Shown: positions 36,459-45,784 of the stretch, in pieces | Position numbering within the stretch: position 1 is the first letter of the stretch | Layout: each line of letters begins with the position of its first letter | Source of the DNA: a virus | Reading direction: 5' to 3' (one strand) | Length of the DNA: 64,000 bases | IMG/VR virus record: IMGVR_UViG_3300042887_004758 | Coordinates: 1 to 64,000 of that record | Notes under the pieces: model-generated | The model's database searches: none | Told to the model about the DNA's origin: nothing | The model's input: only the letters and a program-made list of their open reading frames with translations | Position numbers and translations under genes: made by a program

Positions 36459-37361
36459 ATGTCTCAGTTAAAAGAAGATTTAGCGGTTTGGTTTGGTAAA
36501 AAGAAAAAATCTAAAGGGTCAAAACAACCACAAGGGCCGTGGGTGAATATATGTAAAAAAAAGGAAGGTGGTGGTCATCCTCCCTGTGGAAGAGATGAGG
36601 GTGAAACAAGAGGTTATCCTGTATGTAGGGCTAGATCTGTGGCTTCCAAAATGACTGAAGAGGAGAAAAAATCTGCTTGTGCAAGAAAAAGATCAAAAGA
36701 AAAGAAAGACCCTCAATCAGGGAAGGGACAAAAACCAACAAGAATTCAAATAAAAGGATACAAAAAAGAATCAGTTATGGATAAAAAGCCAATTTTTGAG
36801 TGGAAAACTCTCAACGAAAATAAGATTGTTTTGAGTGAAGAAATGAAATATCATATTGATAATAATATTTCAATTCACGAAAATGTTTTTAGGATGGGAT
36901 CTGACAAATATTTCTCTTTATTTAGGGAAGCAAGAAGTTTGGGTTATGAAAACTTCAACAATCAAGTGGATAGATGGTTAATTAAAAATACAGATATTGG
37001 TTTGTTTGAACTATATGAAGGGGAATTAGTTCCTTTAGATGTCCCGATGTTATATGAAGCCGAGTATCAGGGAAAAAAGGTTCAATTAAATAAACCTATG
37101 AGAGGGGGTAGTGGTGGAAAAAAATTCAAGGTTTATGTAAAAGATCCAAAGACGGGTAATGTAAGAAAAGTTTCATTTGGTGCCGCTGGAGGTGGTGGAT
37201 CCTTGGCTGTTAAATTAAAAGATCCTGCGGCTAAGAGATCATTTGCCGCAAGACACAAATGTCATACAACCAAAGACAAAACAACTGCGTCTTATTGGGC
37301 ATGTCGTTTACCAAGATATGCTAAGTCTTTGGGGTTAAGTGGTGGTGGAACATGGTGGTAA
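36459..37361 (+). CDS. basic Cys-containing phage protein (DUF5872/DUF6321-like domains)
   Basis: PCGR...YPVCR; AEYQGKKVQLNKP...SFAARHKC...YWAC; start reset to 36459. Confidence 0.65.
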   Translation: MSQLKEDLAVWFGKKKKSKGSKQPQGPWVNICKKKEGGGHPPCGRDEGETRGYPVCRARSVASKMTEEEKKSACARKRSKEKKDPQSGKGQKPTRIQIKGYKKESVMDKKPIFEWKTLNENKIVLSEEMKYHIDNNISIHENVFRMGSDKYFSLFREARSLGYENFNNQVDRWLIKNTDIGLFELYEGELVPLDVPMLYEAEYQGKKVQLNKPMRGGSGGKKFKVYVKDPKTGNVRKVSFGAAGGGGSLAVKLKDPAAKRSFAARHKCHTTKDKTTASYWACRLPRYAKSLGLSGGGTWW

Positions 37362-37621
37362 ATCCTTATCAGGAAGAAGTAAATGACCGTGTAATCACCC
37401 GCATTTTCAACGAAAATGTTGGGAGTGATGAACTGGTATGGCATCGTGATAGAAACGACCGTATTGTGGAGATATTGGAGTCTGACGGATGGTATTTTCA
37501 GTTTGAAGATCAGTTACCAACAGAAATGAAAAAAGGGGATGTATTGAACATCCCCAAAGAAAGTTATCACCGAATTATCAAAGGTTCAAATGATTTGATT
37601 GTGAAGATTTACGAAATTTGA
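37352..37621 (+). CDS. cupin-like small protein
   Basis: WHRD...W.FQ...IP...YHR.IKG. Confidence 0.7.
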   Translation: MVVNPYQEEVNDRVITRIFNENVGSDELVWHRDRNDRIVEILESDGWYFQFEDQLPTEMKKGDVLNIPKESYHRIIKGSNDLIVKIYEI

Positions 37622-37754
37622 TTTGGTAGTGTGGTGAAGACATTAAATCTTCGTGGAATAAATTAAAATAATCTAACGCTGAATCCGCAGATTGAGCCTC
37701 TGTTTGGTTAATAACTTTTCCTTCCTTAATTAGTTCATAGGTCCGATAATTCAT
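37578..37754 (-). CDS. small hypothetical protein
   Basis: TATTTAT upstream; start uncertain. Confidence 0.5.
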   Translation of the reverse strand: MNYRTYELIKEGKVINQTEAQSADSALDYFNLFHEDLMSSPHYQIKFRKSSQSNHLNL

Positions 37755-37801
37755 TGTTATGGGATTTGTCAATAAATACACAAAAATGTGTAATAATTAC
37801 A

Positions 37802-40585
37802 TCAATTGAAATTATATTTCAAACTAAAATTGACATTTGATCCCATCCTTGTTTCTTGCCATCTGTTGTCCCCTTCATCCAATTTTTCATTACCGTTAAG
37901 GTCTTGGAACATCACCAAATCTTGTGAGAGTAAATCTCTAACATTAAATTTCATTTCAATATTTCCGAATTTTTTGGAAACCTGAAGATCAATCAAATTT
38001 CGCCCATTTTCCCAAACCGATGGTTCTTGAATATTTCCGACGATGAAGATTCTCGGACCGACCATATTGTAACTTGCGGAAACATTCCAATTATTTTGTG
38101 TGTTATATAACAAACCAAAGTTATAAACATAAGGTGATTGACCCTGTAATGGTCTTCCATTTTCAGATCCCTCAAATCCATTCAAATCAACTTCAGATTG
38201 AACCAATGAAACATTGGATGTAAGATTTAGATTGTCAATCAGATTTATTTTACCTTCAAATTCAATACCTCTGATAAACGCACTTTCAACATTCGAATAA
38301 TAAATCTCTGGTGCCCCTGAAACACCAGTTCTATTAATCAATTCAATTGGATTGGTTAAGTTCTTGTTGAATATCGAAATAGAAAAAATCTCATTTAAAT
38401 CGGGATAAAACTCAAACCTTACTTCTTGGTTATTTATTTTTGTTCTTTCTAAATATGGATTTCCTGTGATGATATTATCTTGAATAAAGTTGTAGAAGGT
38501 GAAGGGTGCGAGTTCTCTAAATTCAGGTCTTGAAACACTTGAATATACGGACGACCTAAGTTGGGTCTTTTCATTTATTGTATAAACAAAATTGAATGAA
38601 GGTAAGAAGTCAGTTATATTACTATTAATATGAATTGGTTTATTTGAACCAAATTCTGTGTAGAAAAAGTTTTGATTGTAATTTTCAATTCTTACACCAT
38701 AGATAAATCTGAATGATTTATATTTTGTATCAAATGATGTATATCCCGCCCCTAATGTGGAGTTTGCATTATAACTATCATCCACATTGGTTGATTCATC
38801 TAATTTAAAACCACCCATCCCATTGTCCAATAGTCCCATATTTTCTTGTGAAAAAATCTGACTTGGATCCAAAAGAAGTAATGAACTATCAAAATAACCG
38901 TTTTGTGGTTTGTATTGTGAATAACCTAAGTTACGAGAGATAAAATTTCTATCTCTGTGTTGATACATCCCACCTATCTTCACTTCATTTTCAAATGAAC
39001 CGAGTGTTATATTTCTTGACCAATCTAATTTTCCTGAATATAGATCTTCATCAGAATAAGACCAAAACATATTTCCCGCTGCGGTGGGGATAGTTCCATT
39101 TGATTGTATTACAGCAGTATATTGTGTATTTGGATCATCTTCATTCAAAGAATATTTTCGGTAAACTATTCTTCTTAAGTTTGGAATATCTCTTCTAACA
39201 TTGTTGTAACTCAAATTCCAATTCAACTTTGAATTTATGATGTTGTGAGTTCCAATTAACTGTTGTGATAAAAAGTTATTTTGTGTATACCAAAAATTTG
39301 TGGATCTTTCCCATTGTCTTGGGTCATTATCCATCTCTCTTACACCTTGTCTTACGTTAATTCTATCTTCAGAATTTATGGTGTAAAAGTTCTTTAATTT
39401 TATGGTATTATTAGGATTTAATAACAAAGAAAAATTAAGAAGACCACTGTTTGCGATATTGTGAACAAAAACTGAGTCATTAAGTTCCATCTTTTGAACA
39501 ACACCCAAACTTTGTTCTTCAAAATCTCTTCTTGTTGTAGTGGTGGTATTAAACTGACTTGAATAATTATAAGCTCCGCTTAAAAGAAGGGTTCTACTTC
39601 CAAATGAATAATTTTTTCCTACTGAATATTGAAAAGTAGAAGATACAGGTGCTTTTCTTGAATATGTTGACCAATCCGTTTGAATCAACGATGCAAGTTC
39701 AGCTCTTTCTTGTTTGGATAAATTTACAAACTCAGAAGTGTTTGGAATATTGTCGGGTAAACATCTAAATTCCGATCCCAACCCAATTGGATCCATCGGA
39801 CTCCCTCTGTAAGTTCCAAAGTCTTGGAAGGTGGTCATCGTGTTGAATGATGTTCCGATCTGAAAATTCTGATATGTCACTTCCTTCGGATCTGTTGTAT
39901 TGATGTTAATTAAACCACCTGAGAATTCACCAGAGAGATCAGGTGAGGACGATTTATTAACATACAAGTTGTCAATCATATTGGAAGGAAACAAATCAAA
40001 TGAAAATGCTCTTCTATCTGATTCGGTTGAAGGGAGAGGAGTTCCATTGATATAAGCGAAGTTATATCTATCGTTTAAACCCCTGATAATAACAAATTTA
40101 TTTTCTTGTATTGTTACACCCCCAACTCTTTTGAATACATCGGATGCTTTAGCGTCGGGTGTTTTACTAAAAACCTCTGAAGAAACACCATCAATAACTG
40201 ATGCTGATCTTTTTTGTAAAGCAATCATCTGTGTTGCAGATTGTTGATTTGCCTGAGCAACAACTGTGGCCTCACCTATTTCCAAAAAGACGGGGTTAAG
40301 AGATACATCAACAACCCCACTTTTTCCAACCATATTTATACTTTCAACTGAAGTGTCATAACCGATAAAACTGAATCTAACATTATAAACCCCTGAAGGA
40401 ATATTTTGAATTGAGAAGTTTCCATCAAGGTCACTCATCGTCCCTTTACCTAATTCCTCAATATATACCGTTGCACCAATCAACGACTCCCGTGATTGAG
40501 AGTCGTTGACCGTGCCAGATAAATTATATTGTGAAAATAAACAAAAAGGTAAGAATAAAAATATAAATAAGTTGAAGTATTTCAT
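37802..40585 (-). CDS. TonB-dependent receptor with CarboxypepD-like N-domain
   Basis: Signal peptide, G.V.D...E.LIGATV, plug IRGL.DRY, SRPEFRELAPF, GNP.L, C-terminal Y.F. Confidence 0.92.
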   Translation of the reverse strand: MKYFNLFIFLFLPFCLFSQYNLSGTVNDSQSRESLIGATVYIEELGKGTMSDLDGNFSIQNIPSGVYNVRFSFIGYDTSVESINMVGKSGVVDVSLNPVFLEIGEATVVAQANQQSATQMIALQKRSASVIDGVSSEVFSKTPDAKASDVFKRVGGVTIQENKFVIIRGLNDRYNFAYINGTPLPSTESDRRAFSFDLFPSNMIDNLYVNKSSSPDLSGEFSGGLININTTDPKEVTYQNFQIGTSFNTMTTFQDFGTYRGSPMDPIGLGSEFRCLPDNIPNTSEFVNLSKQERAELASLIQTDWSTYSRKAPVSSTFQYSVGKNYSFGSRTLLLSGAYNYSSQFNTTTTTRRDFEEQSLGVVQKMELNDSVFVHNIANSGLLNFSLLLNPNNTIKLKNFYTINSEDRINVRQGVREMDNDPRQWERSTNFWYTQNNFLSQQLIGTHNIINSKLNWNLSYNNVRRDIPNLRRIVYRKYSLNEDDPNTQYTAVIQSNGTIPTAAGNMFWSYSDEDLYSGKLDWSRNITLGSFENEVKIGGMYQHRDRNFISRNLGYSQYKPQNGYFDSSLLLLDPSQIFSQENMGLLDNGMGGFKLDESTNVDDSYNANSTLGAGYTSFDTKYKSFRFIYGVRIENYNQNFFYTEFGSNKPIHINSNITDFLPSFNFVYTINEKTQLRSSVYSSVSRPEFRELAPFTFYNFIQDNIITGNPYLERTKINNQEVRFEFYPDLNEIFSISIFNKNLTNPIELINRTGVSGAPEIYYSNVESAFIRGIEFEGKINLIDNLNLTSNVSLVQSEVDLNGFEGSENGRPLQGQSPYVYNFGLLYNTQNNWNVSASYNMVGPRIFIVGNIQEPSVWENGRNLIDLQVSKKFGNIEMKFNVRDLLSQDLVMFQDLNGNEKLDEGDNRWQETRMGSNVNFSLKYNFN

Positions 40586-40586
40586 T

Positions 40587-42179
40587 TTACTTTTGTATTA
40601 CAAACTTCTGAACATCATTGGATGTTTGAATGAAATAAATTCCATCTTCAAAGTTTGAAAGATTGATTGTGGTTGGTGCATAATCCTCATAAACTCTTTG
40701 ACCCACCTGATTCATCACGAAGATGGGAGTTCTATTTGGTGAAACAACATTCAAAAAGTCAGAGGTTGGGTTGGGGTAAATTGTGAAGTTGGATGTGGTT
40801 TTGTTGTCAACACCGATCACAACAGGATTTGACAAAAGTGGATGTGTGAAATCCGCTCCCAAAGCTGGTGAATTACTTTCGCTAAGTCTAGCATCAGGAG
40901 TCAAACCCAAATCAACAAACAAATTAACCCAATCAATTTGTTCAACTGTTGTTGTTGAGTCGTTGTTGTTTACACCGAAGAATGAGTTGTAAAAATCCTC
41001 CGTTCCTGAAACACAATTTGAACCATTCGGAAGATCAGCCAAAATATTATTTGCAAACACCAAATCTCCGATTGTTACATTCACTTGTGACGAAATACCT
41101 TCAATTGACACGCCTTTTTCCCAACCTGTAACCAAAGAATTGAAGATAGAAGTTGAGGTGTTTCTTCTCAAACGAAATGCCTTTTCAAAGGTCTCACCAT
41201 TTGGAAGAGTTTCTGTAACATCATCACCAAATGGTCCAACCAAAGTTACATTAGAAAAAACAGGTGAGGTTAGAGGTTCATTAGGAGATCCTTGACCATC
41301 GTTGTCTGATTCAAATGAGTTAGAGTCACCAACTGCATCATACATATATTTGTTTCTAATTGACAAAACAAATTGAACTTTTCCTCTGTAACCAAAGTCT
41401 GTGTCAAAATCATCATCAATACCACTATAAGCGATGAGGTGCTTACAATTTACAGTTCCACCGAACCATTCAAATGAATCATCACCTGAATAAGATACTT
41501 GAACATTATTTACATAAGTCCCTGAACCGACAGAACCAAAGGTAATGCCGTTGATTTCTTTATTTGGTTCAAGAGCAATACCACAAAATTCAACTCTAAC
41601 ATATTCTAATATACCTGAGTTGTCATTATCATCAGTTCCACCGTATTCAGTATCCGAAGAGGCTGGAATACCTTCGATATTTGCAATACCACCAGGTTGA
41701 TTATTGATTGCATTACCCAAAATAACTAATCCTCCCCAATCACCCTCAGCTCTCTCACCCACAGGTTGATTGGATGTAAAAACGATGGGTTGGTCTTGTG
41801 TCCCTTGTGCAATAATTTTGGAACCTTTCGTGACAATCAAAGTTGCTTGTGTTGATGCGTCTCCTCTGATAATTGTTCCTGGTTGAATTGTCAAAACCGC
41901 ACCATTTTTGACATATATTTTGTTTTGGAGTTCAACAACACCTCCGATGGTTGTATTAACCGTAATATCAGAAGAAAGGATCATAGACGGGGTTGGGTAT
42001 TCTGTGTTTTGTGGATCCCAATTTGTCCATCCATAAGTCCAATCGGTGGCTGTTGTGTTGTCAGTCACAGGGAAGGCACCTCTGTAGTTTACATAATCCC
42101 AAGTCCATTCTTGAGCATTAGTCGTCAAAAGACCCATAAATAGTGACAGGGTCAGCAAAATTTGTTTTCTCATAATCAT
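40587..42179 (-). CDS. T9SS-sorted beta-helix protein
   Basis: Signal peptide; PIVFTS, DWGGL, DD.FEWFGG, DDDFDTDFG; C-terminal IYPNP...G.Y.I...KF sorting domain. Confidence 0.85.
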   Translation of the reverse strand: MIMRKQILLTLSLFMGLLTTNAQEWTWDYVNYRGAFPVTDNTTATDWTYGWTNWDPQNTEYPTPSMILSSDITVNTTIGGVVELQNKIYVKNGAVLTIQPGTIIRGDASTQATLIVTKGSKIIAQGTQDQPIVFTSNQPVGERAEGDWGGLVILGNAINNQPGGIANIEGIPASSDTEYGGTDDNDNSGILEYVRVEFCGIALEPNKEINGITFGSVGSGTYVNNVQVSYSGDDSFEWFGGTVNCKHLIAYSGIDDDFDTDFGYRGKVQFVLSIRNKYMYDAVGDSNSFESDNDGQGSPNEPLTSPVFSNVTLVGPFGDDVTETLPNGETFEKAFRLRRNTSTSIFNSLVTGWEKGVSIEGISSQVNVTIGDLVFANNILADLPNGSNCVSGTEDFYNSFFGVNNNDSTTTVEQIDWVNLFVDLGLTPDARLSESNSPALGADFTHPLLSNPVVIGVDNKTTSNFTIYPNPTSDFLNVVSPNRTPIFVMNQVGQRVYEDYAPTTINLSNFEDGIYFIQTSNDVQKFVIQK

Positions 42180-42238
42180 CTTTTTTTAAATTTATTGTAA
42201 ATTATACGTCTATAATTACAATAGGTCAAAAGAAGGTT

Positions 42239-42254
42239 GTTAAGAGAAAGTTAA
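42239..42254 (-). promoter_or_regulatory. Pho-box-like direct repeat
   Basis: TTAAC-N6-TTAAC (11-bp period) about 60 bp upstream of the T9SS/TBDR operon. Confidence 0.5.
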
Positions 42255-42272
42255 GTAAATAATAATAAGGAG

Positions 42273-42527
42273 TTATTTTTTTTCTTTACAGTAGGAACCT
42301 GAACATCTTTTCTTACCATCAAGACCAGGCATCCTTCCTTTACACACTTGAACCGCATATCCATTAGCATATGCACTTGGATAAACATCATATTTTGCTT
42401 TAGCGGCTGATATACCACGAGAACACAACTTATTTGATTTTTTCTTTTTCTCGGTAATGTAAGCCTCAATAAGAAACCTTCTCAAGATTTCTTTCATATC
42501 TTCATTATTTAAAATAATTTTACTCAT
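42273..42527 (-). CDS. small basic phage protein (DUF5872-like)
   Basis: AKAKYDVYPSAYANG. Confidence 0.65.
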   Translation of the reverse strand: MSKIILNNEDMKEILRRFLIEAYITEKKKKSNKLCSRGISAAKAKYDVYPSAYANGYAVQVCKGRMPGLDGKKRCSGSYCKEKK

Positions 42528-44023
42528 TTTTTATTTACGACTTGGAAATTTATTTCGTTTTTGTATGTGACAATATTATTATTTTGATTTAGTTGTAAAT
42601 CAATAAAATATTCATTTGGGATCTTGTCTTTAAGATCTAAAATAAAGAAATATTCCTGAGGTGTTCTATTAAGTTCAGTCCAATCTGTAACCTGAACCTC
42701 GGTTTGACCCTCCTTTACATATATCCTGTATTGAACATCAATGTCGTCGACAATATGTGATTTCGTATAAGCCTTTTTAGGTATAACCGATATTTTTCTT
42801 TGATCTGTGTTCAATATTTTCTCGGCGTATTGAATTCCATAGAATGTAAATCCGTACTCTTGAGTGTCGGGTAATGAGGTGTCATATTGTAAACTATCAC
42901 TATAAGATTTGAGTTCAAATTCATTTTCTATATTGGATAATACAACACCATTTAATACAAGATTTTTCCATCTATCGGTATATAAACAATTCAAACTTCC
43001 CCCCGTAATGGCAGGTACTGAAACCTTATATATCCCTTTACTAACTCTACAGGTTGATATACCTGTCAATCCCGCAATTTCATCGCCATTTGGATCTAAG
43101 ATGTCCACCGTAGGACTTGAATCCAAATTTATTGGGGATCCATTTCTTGAAATGTAGAGATAAAGTTCATTGGATGTACCTTCGGTAAAATTAGTTCTTG
43201 AATCATCAATCACATCATTCCAAGTGGAATAAAGGTAGGGTTCATAAAATGTTTGAGTATGTCTTGTAAAGAATCCCACAAAATATGATTCACTCAAACC
43301 TGTTAAGTTTTCTACTTGTGGAACATAAGCGACACCCCACCCTACATTATTTGTCAAAGATCCGTTTAAAATGGAGTTTATTTCACTTGTCATATCGAAT
43401 GAAATATCTTCGTCACCAAATTCAAAATGTTGGGTGTCTACAATGGTGAGTGCTGAATAATTAACCTGACCACTTGTTCCGGTATTATCATTTATATAAA
43501 TTCCGTTTGTACTCCAATCGTAAATAAGTTGTCTGTCAAAGTAATTGGATGGTCTCAATGAATAGGATTTATCAGTTTCAATAATGTTTCTATAATATTG
43601 ACTGTTAACATTGTCTACAGAGGTTTCGTTGAAATCATATCCAACACCTTCATCCCAACTTTGTGTTGTTCCTGTCGCTCCACCCGATTTTGGTATTCTA
43701 AAAAGAATCAAATCAAATGAAGTAGCTCTTCTTCTACCATCACTATTTGTTTCGTTTAGTAGATCCTCAAAGGCCGACGAATTGGTCATTCTTAATTCGT
43801 GGGTGATGTTTGTGTTACAGGATAAATTAAGATATCCTTCGGTAATTTTCTGTTGGAGAGGTTCTAAATCAAGATCAAAAATAAATCTCGAGAAAGATTT
43901 TGTTCCGATGGCGGGAAAGTTTGATCCGAAAAATAATTCTGTAACAGGGTTTCTACCCGTGTTTACTTCAGAATTAAAAACTATAGTATTGTTTCTACTA
44001 AAATATGAACGATGGTCAGACAT
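42524..44023 (-). CDS. putative virion structural protein
   Basis: Beta-rich, SWDEG.G motif; TATTTAT upstream. Confidence 0.6.
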   Translation of the reverse strand: MSDHRSYFSRNNTIVFNSEVNTGRNPVTELFFGSNFPAIGTKSFSRFIFDLDLEPLQQKITEGYLNLSCNTNITHELRMTNSSAFEDLLNETNSDGRRRATSFDLILFRIPKSGGATGTTQSWDEGVGYDFNETSVDNVNSQYYRNIIETDKSYSLRPSNYFDRQLIYDWSTNGIYINDNTGTSGQVNYSALTIVDTQHFEFGDEDISFDMTSEINSILNGSLTNNVGWGVAYVPQVENLTGLSESYFVGFFTRHTQTFYEPYLYSTWNDVIDDSRTNFTEGTSNELYLYISRNGSPINLDSSPTVDILDPNGDEIAGLTGISTCRVSKGIYKVSVPAITGGSLNCLYTDRWKNLVLNGVVLSNIENEFELKSYSDSLQYDTSLPDTQEYGFTFYGIQYAEKILNTDQRKISVIPKKAYTKSHIVDDIDVQYRIYVKEGQTEVQVTDWTELNRTPQEYFFILDLKDKIPNEYFIDLQLNQNNNIVTYKNEINFQVVNKK

Positions 44024-44045
44024 ATAGATATTTTATCTATAAATA

Positions 44046-45569
44046 TCAATTTATCTTAAAGTTTTGACTTAAAACTTTTTGATAAGCATCCATCATTTTT
44101 TTCATTAATTCAGTTGTCGTCGCCCCATTTGTTGTAGTTGGTACTGGTGGTAGACCATGATAAGAGTGAACGTGAGTTATCAAATACTCGATTATGTAAT
44201 TCAACAATTCCAATAGCTCTTCACCTCTCACCATAGAAGACACATTCGGAACAATATTTTCATTTATAAAATCAGCTGATACTCCATAATTTGTCCCCTC
44301 TAAATTGACTTTTTGTTTTCCTGGTATTGTAGATTGGTGAGATAAAAAATAAAACTTATCGGCTCCGAATATTTGTACAGTTGAGTTGTCGGATGAAGTC
44401 TTCGAATCTTCTAAATTAAGTTGTCTAATCTGAACTGGATTATCTTTTTTATCCTTCGAAAAAATTAATCCGAATCCACCAAAACCAGAAGATTCAGTTG
44501 AACTCAAAGATATGCCTACTTGACCTTGAAATTGTAATGAGTTAAGTAAAACACGGGCATCAGAGGTTTGAGTTGTTGCCTCCAAAACTCTTTGTGTTGG
44601 TCTGTAATAAAATGGAAATACATTACCTAAAGAAGGAGAAATACTTAGAGTTGAGTTTTTGAATTTGTCTAATAAAGTATTGATGAACTCAATCGCTTCG
44701 TCTATGGGTTTTCCAAGAAAGCTTTCTTTATAAGCTAATGTTTTTCCTTCGACAATAGTATCAGGAAGGATGTCCATAGTTCTTACATTTTGACCGGCAT
44801 CAATTCTATAAAAATAGATGTCGCCTGAAAAGTTGGACGTACTATCCAAATTAATTATATCCCACTCAACTAAATAAGATACATTAGTTACGACAGGTTC
44901 GAATTTAAAAACTTTTTTCAAAGTTTTTTCAGAAGTTGTTGTCTCCAAATTACTTAATTGAATAAACGATCTTCTTGGGTTCTCGTAGGGATAAATTTGT
45001 CCATTAGGCATTTTGAGTCCAATAGATTTTGCCTTCCCTGATCTCAATAAAAGATCTTCATCTTTTAAAATTATATCGGTATTATATCTTCCTAAAATTG
45101 CAATATCATTCGGATCGGGAAAAACAGATTGTGTTTTTGGATTGATATAAGAACCATCAGGGTTTTTTAGGTCCGGCATAGATGTAACTCTATTTCCCGT
45201 ATTTAATAATTGTTCAGAATTTGCATATACATCTTTATATTGAACTACAGGTGAAGAAATTGGCCCCTGAACATAAAACTTATTCTTATCATCTTCATAT
45301 TTTGGGTTAGAATAAATAATGTGAACATATTCACCGACCTTAGGAATTTGTCTGAAAAAGTATGGAATTAAAGAATTATAGACAAAAGGATCTCGTTTAG
45401 TCCAAAAATACTTAGAAGGAATATCACCGGGAATGTCAAATACTTCATCAGGAAAACTCGCCTTTATGATGTCATTACTATATCGTGTGGTTGGGCGAGC
45501 ACGAATTCTACCAATCACCAAAGGATCGTCAACCGAAACACATATTCCAGGATGTATTATTTTGGGCAT
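44046..45569 (-). CDS. putative baseplate hub/spike (gp5-like)
   Basis: N-terminal OB-type DDP...GRIR..PKVGE; GRY..D; RGE.L...H.H near C-terminus. Confidence 0.65.
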   Translation of the reverse strand: MPKIIHPGICVSVDDPLVIGRIRARPTTRYSNDIIKASFPDEVFDIPGDIPSKYFWTKRDPFVYNSLIPYFFRQIPKVGEYVHIIYSNPKYEDDKNKFYVQGPISSPVVQYKDVYANSEQLLNTGNRVTSMPDLKNPDGSYINPKTQSVFPDPNDIAILGRYNTDIILKDEDLLLRSGKAKSIGLKMPNGQIYPYENPRRSFIQLSNLETTTSEKTLKKVFKFEPVVTNVSYLVEWDIINLDSTSNFSGDIYFYRIDAGQNVRTMDILPDTIVEGKTLAYKESFLGKPIDEAIEFINTLLDKFKNSTLSISPSLGNVFPFYYRPTQRVLEATTQTSDARVLLNSLQFQGQVGISLSSTESSGFGGFGLIFSKDKKDNPVQIRQLNLEDSKTSSDNSTVQIFGADKFYFLSHQSTIPGKQKVNLEGTNYGVSADFINENIVPNVSSMVRGEELLELLNYIIEYLITHVHSYHGLPPVPTTTNGATTTELMKKMMDAYQKVLSQNFKIN

Positions 45570-45571
45570 TT

Positions 45572-45784
45572 TTATGAATTTGTTCTATTTTTATATCTAA
45601 CTAAAAGTTCATTGTAAACCGTTTCAGTTATTTTCATATGTTCAGAAACTTTTTCGATAATTTTCTTGGAATCATCAAAATCTCTTCTAAGAATATCCAA
45701 AACTTCGGTAATTTTTTTATTTGGGGTATTATCGAAGTCAGATATTACTTCCTTTATAAATTTTTGTTCGTTTTCTGTAATCAT
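45572..45784 (-). CDS. hypothetical protein
   Basis: Coupled ORF. Confidence 0.65.
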   Translation of the reverse strand: MITENEQKFIKEVISDFDNTPNKKITEVLDILRRDFDDSKKIIEKVSEHMKITETVYNELLVRYKNRTNS

